Source: Rhodothermales bacterium | GTDB lineage: Bacteria > Bacteroidota > Rhodothermia > Rhodothermales > BA12 | Direction of reading: 5' to 3' | DNA length: 24,000 bases | Assembly (NCBI GenBank): GCA_963815505.1 | Contig: CAWFGU010000001.1 | Location: 12,111 to 36,110, forward strand | In this document: in pieces, positions 1-6,558 of the stretch | How the letters are laid out: each line of letters begins with the position of its first letter | How positions within the stretch are numbered: the stretch's first letter is position 1 | Position numbers and translations under genes: made by a program | The notes under the pieces: model-generated | The model's input: the letters and a program-made list of their open reading frames with translations, nothing else | The model's database searches: none | What the model was told of the DNA's origin: nothing

Positions 1-106
1 CTGGCGCGCAAAACACGCCGATGTGTGAGCGGGCCAATGTAGACGCCATCGTCGACCCAACGCAAAAGCGCTCGGCCTTTGCGTCGCCCGCAGCCAAGGG
101 TTATGC
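1..106 (-). repeat. integron attC site, truncated by the window edge
   Basis: Carries the conserved arm ctggcgcgcaaaacacgcc...gcctttgcgtcgcccgcagccaagg and ends in GTTATGC at 100-106. It is collinear with the 10 other copies; the left core lies off-window. Confidence 0.8.
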
Positions 107-159
107 GGCCGCAAAAAAAAGCCCCTCTAACACTTTTTTATCGCGCTAGGGTGCTTGAG

Positions 160-253
160 TGGCGGTAGGGGACTCGAACCCCTACGAGCCGAAGGCTCAA
201 CTCGGATTTTCTCCAATGAGCCGCGTTCTTTACCAATTCCCGCCAACCGGGGA
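160..253 (-). ncRNA. tRNA-like sequence (type II, Leu/Ser-like), non-canonical; possible pseudo-tRNA or tRNA-like ncRNA inside a cassette
   Basis: Minus strand reads CCCCGGT-TGGCGGGAATTGGTAAAGAACGCGG-CTCATTGGAGAAAATCCGAG-TTGAGCCTTCGGCTCG-TAGGGGTTCGAGTCCCCT-ACCGCCA. The T arm is perfect (AGGGG TTCGAGT CCCCT). There is a long variable arm (GAGCC TTC GGCTC) and a D arm resembling bacterial tRNA-Leu (TGGCGGAATTGGTAGACGCG). Only 4 of 7 acceptor pairs form, and no canonical 5-bp/7-nt anticodon arm can be drawn. Confidence 0.4.
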
Positions 254-369
254 TGAATCCCTGAGCACATCTTTAGAATGCGATCAGGGACAAACAAACC
301 GAGGCATTGCCTCCACACCGACCCTTTTCAGTGCATAAAGTTTTTCCCAGAAAACTGTCGTTCAAGCCC

Positions 370-492
370 GCATAACAGACAAGGCTCTGGCGCGCAAAAC
401 ACGCCGACGGGTGAAGACAGCAATGTAGACGCCGACGCTGAAACAACGCAAAAACGCTCGGCCTTTGCGTCGCCCGCAGCCCGGGGTTATGC
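370..492 (-). repeat. integron attC site
   Basis: GCATAAC at 370-376 and GTTATGC at 486-492. The conserved arms acaaggctctggcgcgcaaa and gcctttgcgtcgcccgcagcc are imperfect inverted repeats. Confidence 0.85.
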
Positions 493-639
493 GCTCAGAT
501 TTGGAAATATCTAAGCCGAAAATCCTGCCACGCGAAGATACACTAATTTCTAGCGCTATTCCATAAATCCAAACTGACAGTCACTTTTTCGTGGTCGTCT
601 CTCACATTTCTTACCTTCCGCTGGTTTTCATGGCTAAAC

Positions 640-894
640 CTATACGGATAGGGAAATAGGCCTGATTTTTGTATTGTCCATATCTAAACAATCCCAAATT
701 TCTCGCGTCATCAGTTTAGATGAATACTCTGCCTCTCTTATATTGTCGTCCATCACCTCTATTTTGTTCTCTATGTCAATAAGGGTTGCTTTTGCCGACA
801 TCAGATCACTGCGTAAAGCAGCTTGCTGATTCCACTGAAAAATCGACCAGCCCAGTAAGGTCAAAGCAACAAATAGCCAGATTGGATGGCGCAT
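640..894 (-). CDS. small membrane-anchored hypothetical protein (84 aa), integron cassette
   Basis: The ATG (complement of 892-894) lies inside the core site GTTATGC; the stop is TAG at 640-642. MRHPIWLFVALTLLGWSIF is a hydrophobic N-terminus followed by a charged helical tail. The cassette is visibly AT-richer than its flanks. The ORF-track start at 918 is a TTG inside the attC. Confidence 0.65.
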   Translation of the reverse strand: MRHPIWLFVALTLLGWSIFQWNQQAALRSDLMSAKATLIDIENKIEVMDDNIREAEYSSKLMTREIWDCLDMDNTKIRPISLSV

Positions 895-1012
895 AACAGA
901 CAAGGCTCTGGCGCGCAAAGAGCGCCGACGGTGAGCCGATTAATGTAGTCGCCATCGTCGACCCAACGCAAAAACGCTCGGCCTTTGCGTCGCCCGCAGC
1001 CAAGGGTTATGC
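891..1012 (-). repeat. integron attC site
   Basis: GCATAAC at 891-897 and GTTATGC at 1006-1012, with the same conserved arms as the other copies. Confidence 0.85.
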
Positions 1013-1037
1013 GCACACTGCGTCAGACAACCCGGCT

Positions 1038-1412
1038 TTATTCGGAGCGTGGTGTCACGCTGAGATTTCTACCATCGCGCGCAATACTAGCCGAGAGCGT
1101 ATTCGCGCGCTCAGCCGAAAGCGTGCCGCGCTTGACTTTGACGTTGAGACGCGACGTATTCAACGCAACAACCGAACCTTGAAACTGCAATTCGCTGACC
1201 GTGAACATAGCAGGCGTGGTCATACGTTCAGACGAGAAAGCAAAGCCGTTCTCCGAAGCTACTGAGACTGAAAACGGAACGGCACCTTCGTCGGAAGTGA
1301 CTTCGATGACTGCTGCCTCTGGTTCGGATTGATCTACGTCGCGAAGTGACGAGCAACCTGTGAGAACAACTGAGCAGAGCAGAATAGCTGGGAGGAAACG
1401 AAGCGTTTTCAT
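1038..1412 (-). CDS. putative lipoprotein (124 aa), integron cassette
   Basis: ATG at 1412 gives MKTLRFLPAILLCSVVLTGCSS, a signal peptide with lipobox LTGC. Stop is TAA at 1038-1040. The ORF-track start at 1436 is a TTG. Confidence 0.75.
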   Translation of the reverse strand: MKTLRFLPAILLCSVVLTGCSSLRDVDQSEPEAAVIEVTSDEGAVPFSVSVASENGFAFSSERMTTPAMFTVSELQFQGSVVALNTSRLNVKVKRGTLSAERANTLSASIARDGRNLSVTPRSE

Positions 1413-1454
1413 ATGGGTCTCAGAAATCGAGGACAAGTACGCCGTTCAAAGTGC

Positions 1455-1576
1455 GCATAACAGACAAGGCCTCTGGCGCGCAAAACACGCCGGTGATTGA
1501 ACGTGCTCATGATAGCACCGACGACCGAGCGGGCACAACCGCCCGCCTTTGCGTCGCCCGCAGCCAAGGGTTATGC
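1455..1576 (-). repeat. integron attC site (central-region subtype II)
   Basis: GCATAAC at 1455-1461 and GTTATGC at 1570-1576. The central part, gaacgtgctcatgatagcacc, differs from most copies and matches only the left half of the 5576-5792 site. Confidence 0.85.
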
Positions 1577-2008
1577 GGCGGAGGGGGGCCGAGTGGCAAA
1601 AGGCTGCGCCGGAGTTACGTCGTGATATGTGCGGACTAACCATTCGGCGTACTCCTGCGAGCGACCTTCTAGCACCCACGGTCTGCCCCGCCCGATCTCG
1701 CGTCGAGCGCGCCCAACGATTGCGGGATTGCATTCCTGTTTCAGTCGCCAATTTGCAAAGTGTTTGGCAGCGGTACGCATGACGACCAGCCTCCCCGAAC
1801 CGCGATGTCTTCCAAGCACTCCCACCGGGGTGCGCGCACCCATAAATCCGTGAGTCCACAGGACGTAAACTTTGCTTCCGGGCTTGAAATGCTTCGTGCC
1901 ACGACGCGGGATGTGCTCCTCACCATGCAGGCGTTCCCAAACGACGTTGGCAACTGCGAACCACATACAGCCCGAGTCCTCCGTTTCCACGCTGAGGTTA
2001 AGCCGCAT
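1571..2008 (-). CDS. hypothetical protein (145 aa), integron cassette
   Basis: Runs from the ATG inside core GTTATGC (2006-2008) to the TAA inside core GCATAAC (1571-1573). The composition is diverse (MRLNLSVETEDSGCMWFAVANVVWERLHGEEHIPRRGTKHFKPGSKVYVLW...) with mixed third-codon positions. No family recognised. Confidence 0.55.
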   Translation of the reverse strand: MRLNLSVETEDSGCMWFAVANVVWERLHGEEHIPRRGTKHFKPGSKVYVLWTHGFMGARTPVGVLGRHRGSGRLVVMRTAAKHFANWRLKQECNPAIVGRARREIGRGRPWVLEGRSQEYAEWLVRTYHDVTPAQPFATRPPSAA

Positions 2009-2126
2009 AACAGACAAGGCTCTGGCGCGCAAAACACGCCGACTGGTGAGCGGGCAATGTCAGACGCCGATGCCGCGACAGAGCAAAATGCTTGGCCTTT
2101 GCGTCGCCCGCTGCCGTGGGTTCTGC
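2005..2126 (-). repeat. integron attC site with variant core
   Basis: GCATAAC at 2005-2011. The right core is the variant GTTCTGC (2120-2126), the exact inverse of GCAGAAC at 2401-2407. Confidence 0.8.
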
Positions 2127-2400
2127 CGCTGCCCGCCACGAGCACCGAACCAGAGCAAGCCGCGCCGAAAGCTGACGGCCACCGCGCGCCTAGCCGACCG
2201 AGATTCGCGAACGAAGCCACTGAGACGCCGGACTTGTCGAAGTCGCCGCCTGCCGACCGACACCGGAGACGCCGCGCCGCCGCGCCGCCGAAGCTGACGA
2301 GGCCCGCGAGCCAACTGCCACCGGAGACGCCGACACTTGACCGGAGCGGTCACAACAAACAGCGCCGCCACGAACACCGCAGATCAGGCCCACGAGAGCG
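2127..2400 (-). other. ORF-poor cassette body, paralog 1 of 3 (C/A-rich on the plus strand)
   Basis: Shares blocks with 4768-5032: cgaacaccgaaccagagcaa, gccgaccgaga.tc.cgaacgaagc and ccggagacgccgac.c.tgaccggagcggtcacaacaa.cagcgccg. It is open in several frames on both strands. Confidence 0.5.
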
Positions 2401-2450
2401 GCAGAACAGTTCGCGGCTCTGCGGCCCACCTACTCACATTACACAAAGAC
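2401..2450 (-). repeat. degenerate partial attC (relic)
   Basis: gcagaacagttcgcggctctgcggcc parallels the left end gcataacagacaaggctctggcgcgc. No matching right arm or core follows. Confidence 0.45.
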
Positions 2451-2451
2451 G

Positions 2452-2754
2452 ATGAACGACACGATGACTACCGACTCTGAAAATGCTCCTGTGGTGGGTC
2501 CGCCGCAGCCGGAGGTTATGCCGCCGCCGGATTTCCTCAACTTCTGCTGCTACTCGTGCGATGTTGATACGGGGCGCGTAGACAGGCAGGACGTGTGGTC
2601 TTGCGAGAGGTGCGGCGCTCCCCTCTGCGCAGAGCATTTCACGGAGTCCAACTGTGCAGCCTGCCGTGATTTAACGGATGGCGAGTTGGCCGGTACGTCG
2701 TGCTCAGAATGCGGATCAGACGAGGACTCTTGCGTCTGCTTCGCTGAGGAGTGA
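2452..2754 (+). CDS. Cys-rich zinc-ribbon-like protein (100 aa), inverted relative to the other cassette ORFs
   Basis: ATG at 2452, TGA at 2752-2754. Four CxxC motifs (CYSC, CERC, CAAC, CSEC) plus CVC, and an acidic C-terminus. Confidence 0.6.
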   Translation: MNDTMTTDSENAPVVGPPQPEVMPPPDFLNFCCYSCDVDTGRVDRQDVWSCERCGAPLCAEHFTESNCAACRDLTDGELAGTSCSECGSDEDSCVCFAEE

Positions 2755-2758
2755 GGCG

Positions 2759-2876
2759 GCATAACATACAAGGCTCTGGCGCGCAGAGCACTGGTGGTTG
2801 GGCGAGCAATGTAGACGCCGACGCCGATCAACGCAAAGCTGCCCGCCTCTGCGTCGCCCGCTGCCCTGGGTTATGT
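2759..2876 (-). repeat. integron attC site
   Basis: GCATAAC at 2759-2765. The right core is the variant GTTATGT (2870-2876), the inverse of ACATAAC at 3956-3962. Confidence 0.85.
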
Positions 2877-2882
2877 GCATTT

Positions 2883-3911
2883 CTAGCGGGTGGGGTTATA
2901 AATATACCTACCATCTTTATTTATGTATCCAATCCTGCCGTCAACCCTGACCTGAGCTAACCCTTCAATAAACGGACCTGCGGCAGAAAACTGTGGCTCA
3001 ATGACTATTTCACCCTGCCTATCAATGTACCCAAACACTCTTCCTACTTTAACAGCTGCTAACCCCTCGTAAAATTCGCTAGCGGATTCAAATTCGCTCG
3101 TTGGAGAGATTACAAACGAGCCTTGAATATTAATATATCCAATGCGAACGGATTCCCCATGACCATCACGAACTCCCACCGCAGCTAAACCATCAGAAAA
3201 GCTGTTAGCAGTATCAAACCCACTTAACACCACGCGACCTGACCTGTCAACGAATACTGCCGTATCAACCACCTGTGGACCCCCAAGGAATGAAGGCAGT
3301 CCCCATCGCACAAAAGCATTAGCTCTCGCTAGGCCATCAGAGTAAACGCCGACACCAGAAAGTGGAGGTGACGGTCTAATACCAGAAATCCCATCAAACA
3401 CAAATTTTTTTTCACTTACCTGTGCAATCAAATTGTCAACAATTTGGTTCAGATTGACAACTATTTCGCCCGATTGATCTATGAAGGAATTATTTCCAAT
3501 TCCAGCTAAACCCTCACTAAACGAAGACGCTGACCCGAGTATAGGATTTATAACGTAAGAACCTGATTTGTCTATAAAGCCCCAGCTGGATCCGATCCTG
3601 ACAGCAGCTAGGCCTTCCGAAAAGTCTCGAACGTCATCAAACTGCGCTACTATCGCGGTGTCACCCTTAGTATCCAAAAAACCCCGACCTTGATCTCCTC
3701 GGAAAGCACCTCTCCCCTCGCTAAATGTACGAGCAAGGTCAAACCTCGGAGTTATTACCACCTGTCCTTCCACGTTTATATATCCATAAGATCCACTCTG
3801 TTGTATTACATATAACATTCCGAGTTCGACCTTTTCATCCTCCTCGCCAGCGCTATCGCATCCTGCGCAAAAAGCCAGAAGCGTAAGAATCAAAAGGATC
3901 GAACGAGACAT
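2883..3911 (-). CDS. WG-repeat (KWG-type) lipoprotein (342 aa), integron cassette
   Basis: ATG at 3911 gives MSRSILLILTLLAFCAGC, a lipoprotein-type signal. About ten repeats of the pattern W/YGFID..G..VI.P.F....F.EGLA.V follow. Stop is TAG at 2883-2885. The cassette is clearly AT-richer than the backbone. Confidence 0.85.
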   Translation of the reverse strand: MSRSILLILTLLAFCAGCDSAGEEDEKVELGMLYVIQQSGSYGYINVEGQVVITPRFDLARTFSEGRGAFRGDQGRGFLDTKGDTAIVAQFDDVRDFSEGLAAVRIGSSWGFIDKSGSYVINPILGSASSFSEGLAGIGNNSFIDQSGEIVVNLNQIVDNLIAQVSEKKFVFDGISGIRPSPPLSGVGVYSDGLARANAFVRWGLPSFLGGPQVVDTAVFVDRSGRVVLSGFDTANSFSDGLAAVGVRDGHGESVRIGYINIQGSFVISPTSEFESASEFYEGLAAVKVGRVFGYIDRQGEIVIEPQFSAAGPFIEGLAQVRVDGRIGYINKDGRYIYNPTR

Positions 3912-3955
3912 AAGGGCGAATATTTTTAGTGACGGATCAGCTTGGACTCCGAAGC

Positions 3956-4077
3956 ACATAACAGACAAGGCTCTGGCGCGCAAATGCGCCGACGTGTGAG
4001 CGAGCTAATGTAGACACCACCGCCGAGACAGCGCAAAAACGCCCGGCCTTTGCGTCGCCCGCAGCCAAGGGTTATAC
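3956..4077 (-). repeat. integron attC site
   Basis: ACATAAC at 3956-3962 and GTTATAC at 4071-4077, the latter being the inverse of GTATAAC at 4649-4655. Conserved arms are present. Confidence 0.85.
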
Positions 4078-4088
4078 GGCTTAAGGTT

Positions 4089-4379
4089 CTACCCTAATGC
4101 TCCAAACTGACGCGAAGAATGGTAGATCGTCAGCACTTCAACGCGCTCCTCACTCACCACATAGATGATTCGATACTGCCGGTAGATCACTTCGCGAATG
4201 TCATTGTCTCCAATCTCTGGTACCGCGCGACCGACGTTGGGGAAATCCGACAATCGCCGCGTAGCATCAAACGCTCCGGCCACGAAGAGCGGCGCGAAGT
4301 CAGGCGCTACGTTCTCGTAGTATGCCTCAATCGCTTCGAGATCGCGCAGCGCTTGCGGACGCCAGATAACCTCAGCCAC
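4089..4379 (-). CDS. parE: ParE/RelE-family toxin (96 aa)
   Basis: GTG start at 4379 overlaps the upstream ORF stop by 8 nt. MAEVIWRPQALRDLEAIEAYY...REVIYRQYRIIYVVSEERVEVLTIYHSSR is the typical ParE-type plasmid-stabilisation pattern. Confidence 0.8.
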   Translation of the reverse strand: MAEVIWRPQALRDLEAIEAYYENVAPDFAPLFVAGAFDATRRLSDFPNVGRAVPEIGDNDIREVIYRQYRIIYVVSEERVEVLTIYHSSRQFGALG

Positions 4380-4578
4380 AATTCCAAGAGCGCTCGTGCT
4401 TCGGTTTACTAAACTCGGCCTCTGCTGTGGACTGAGCTACACCTTGACCATTCTGCATCAGGCCAATGTTGACCTTGCGGAGCAGAATCAAGCGATCAAT
4501 CACGTCGTCGAGTGACACCTCATTCGGCAGCGACTGTACGACACGCACAATTTCATCTCTGGACTGGAGAGCAGGCAT
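4372..4578 (-). CDS. putative antitoxin (68 aa from ATG 4578; alternative GTG start at 4620)
   Basis: Small ORF immediately upstream of the ParE-like gene and overlapping it (tgt ggc TGA against GTG GCT GAG). No family assigned. Confidence 0.6.
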   Translation of the reverse strand: MPALQSRDEIVRVVQSLPNEVSLDDVIDRLILLRKVNIGLMQNGQGVAQSTAEAEFSKPKHERSWNCG

Positions 4579-4648
4579 GGCAACGAAGGTAGAGCGGGCG
4601 AAAGTAACGCCAGATGACACGTGCGGTTCGCCTGGGAAGTCTGGAGCC

Positions 4649-4767
4649 GTATAACAGACAAGGCTCTGGCGCGCAAAGCCGGGAAGTGTGAGCGAGCAAT
4701 GTAGACGCCCACGCCGCGACAGCGCAAAACCGCCCGCCTTTGCGTCGCCCGCAGCCAGGGGTTATGC
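4649..4767 (-). repeat. integron attC site
   Basis: GTATAAC at 4649-4655 and GTTATGC at 4761-4767, with conserved arms. Confidence 0.85.
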
Positions 4768-5032
4768 CGCACTGCCCGGACGAACACCGAACCAGAGCAA
4801 ACCCAACCGCACGCCGACGACGCCACCGCAAACTGCCGACCGAGACTCACGAACGAAGCTGACAAGACGCCGACCGTGCCGAAGTCGCTGCTCGAACGAA
4901 GCCACCGCAGGCACCGCGCCGCCGAAGCCGACCAAGTCTGCGAGCCGACCGGCACCGAGACGCCGACGCCTGACCGGAGCGGTCACAACAACCAGCGCCG
5001 AAACGAGCCGCACCGGTGAAGCCCAGGCAGCG
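4768..5032 (-). other. ORF-poor cassette body, paralog 2 of 3
   Basis: Homologous blocks with 2127-2400. A minus-strand frame is open from a GTG to the TAA of the core (VRLVSALVVVTAPVRRRRLG...GLLWFGVRPGSAA), but it is Arg/Gly-rich and not convincing. Confidence 0.5.
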
Positions 5033-5152
5033 GCATAACAGACAAGGCTCTGGCGCGCAATCACGCCGACGGTGAGCCGATTAATGTAGACGCCGACGCC
5101 GATCAGCGCAAAAACGCTCGGCCTTTGCGTCGCCCGCAGCCAAGGGTTATGC
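5033..5152 (-). repeat. integron attC site
   Basis: GCATAAC at 5033-5039 and GTTATGC at 5146-5152, with conserved arms. Confidence 0.85.
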
Positions 5153-5569
5153 GGCGTCACGAGCAATGATTTCTTCGATAGCTGACCGAGTATATTTCTC
5201 AGCCGGATCTACTCCTGGGTCGTCAGTACTTCGTAGGTACTCGCCGCTATCGAAGGCTGAGTAAACGTCCATGGTATACCGAGGTACGTCTAATGTGCCA
5301 TCGGCGTCAACTTCCAGCGACATGGCGATTCCCCACAAGTAGTTGGCTATGTCATCGGCGATCCAGTAGGGCAGTTTTTTACCAGCATATTCGTGTGCTA
5401 TGTGCCGCGATACCTGATCGAGAAGGTCTTGCTCCGAAAGCTTCTCTCTTTCGCGGATCGCCTCGAAGTCGCTATGGAATTGGTTTTCAATCAGATCAGA
5501 GTGCCCCTTCGGAATGCTCTCCGCAGCGCTTCGGTAATCTTCGACCAGTAACTTCACGCTCTCGGTCAT
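5147..5569 (-). CDS. hypothetical acidic protein (140 aa), integron cassette
   Basis: ATG at 5569 (MTESVKLLVEDYRSAAESIPKGHSDLIENQFHSDFEAIREREK...). The TAA stop at 5147-5149 lies inside the core GCATAAC. Composition is balanced and protein-like. No family recognised. Confidence 0.75.
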   Translation of the reverse strand: MTESVKLLVEDYRSAAESIPKGHSDLIENQFHSDFEAIREREKLSEQDLLDQVSRHIAHEYAGKKLPYWIADDIANYLWGIAMSLEVDADGTLDVPRYTMDVYSAFDSGEYLRSTDDPGVDPAEKYTRSAIEEIIARDAA

Positions 5570-5575
5570 AAGCCG

Positions 5576-5792
5576 GCATAACAGACAAGGCTCTGGCGCG
5601 CAGAGCGGTGAAGGGTGAACGTGCTCAGGATAGCACCACCGCCCGAGCGAAGCAAGCCGCTGGCCTCTGCGTCGCCCGCAGACAAGGCTCTGGCGCGCAA
5701 ACACGCCGACGGTGAGCGAGCAATGTAGTCGCCGACGCCGAGACAGCGCAAAAACGCTCGGCCTTTGCGTCGCCCGCAGCCAGGGGTTATGC
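5576..5792 (-). repeat. double-length hybrid attC (two attC sites fused)
   Basis: GCATAAC at 5576-5582 and a subtype II centre run up to ...gcgtcgcccgcag (5681). The sequence then continues directly with acaaggctctggcgcgcaaacacgcc, the start of a subtype I attC, ending in GTTATGC at 5786-5792. One inner R'/R'' core pair is missing. Confidence 0.75.
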
Positions 5793-6010
5793 CGCCGACG
5801 ATTGCACGAACGCGCTGAACGCCCAAGTCGAAAGCCAACGCGCCGCACCCGGCCCGACTCCGAACAGCGCCTCAGTCAAGACGCACCCGCCGAAGCCGCG
5901 AAACGAACAGCGCCACCGGAAACACCGACCGAGCCAACCGCCACGGAAGCGACCACAAACACCAATGCCGAGCCGCCACGAACCGCGCGCTTCCCGGCTA
6001 CCGACAGGCG
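5793..6010 (-). other. ORF-poor cassette body, compositionally related paralog 3 of 3
   Basis: Same C/A-rich plus-strand composition as the other two. A minus-strand frame is open exactly from the core ATG (6012-6014) to the core TAA (5787-5789), giving a 75-aa W/R/G/F-rich product of doubtful reality. Confidence 0.4.
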
Positions 6011-6130
6011 GCATAACAGACAAGGCTCTGGCGCGCAAATGCGCGGGAGTGTGAGCGGGCAATGTAGTCGCCGAGCGCCGATCAGCGCAAAAACGCCCGC
6101 CTTTGCGTCGCCCGCAGCCAAGGGTTATGC
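6011..6130 (-). repeat. integron attC site
   Basis: GCATAAC at 6011-6017 and GTTATGC at 6124-6130, with conserved arms. Confidence 0.85.
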
Positions 6131-6558
6131 CGCTGTGCTTCGAGCTTCAACTACTGAACCGAGACCGTGGCACCTGTCGCAGACGCTGTTCGCTGCTCCG
6201 TCGACGCGGTACAAGTCGAACAGGCAGTGACTCGCGCCGAGCGTCGGCGGTTGAGTAGGTCAAGTCTCCGGTACTCCGCGTCGAAGCTGCTCACCTGCTC
6301 CGCAAGAGGCTCCGTTCACCAGAGGCAACGATCAAGAGTCAGTGCCATCTGGGGCGGTGTCGTTGGCAAGCACGCTGATCACAACTGATTGACCGCGAGC
6401 AACTTGGGCACTGATCAATCGTTGACGGCGTAAGCCGCTGTCAAGTATGGATATCGTCGTTCGAGTCGCAGGCTGTGAGCGGCAGAACGATTAGTCAGCC
6501 AGAGCAGCGAGACTACTACAGCGCATGATCTGATTCGGCGAAGCCTGCCGACGAAGCG

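Noticed and set aside
127-318. 63-aa minus-strand ORF in the first cassette
   Set aside because: It overlaps the tRNA-like sequence, and its sequence has no protein-like features.
1-6130. The regularly spaced repeat array considered as a CRISPR array
   Set aside because: The repeats are about 120 bp, not 24-48 bp. The spacers are 218 to about 1080 bp and contain genes. The repeats end in GTTRRRY-like cores, an IntI integrase is adjacent, and there are no cas genes.
278-6230. ORFs that read through attC sites (278..514, 985..1182, 1451..1639, 1549..1782, 2751..2960, 4688..5038, 5712..6230, and the MRARALSVM... N-terminal extensions at 918, 2032 and 3983)
   Set aside because: Their conserved peptide stretches are simply translations of the conserved attC repeat. 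The extensions begin at TTG codons inside attC.
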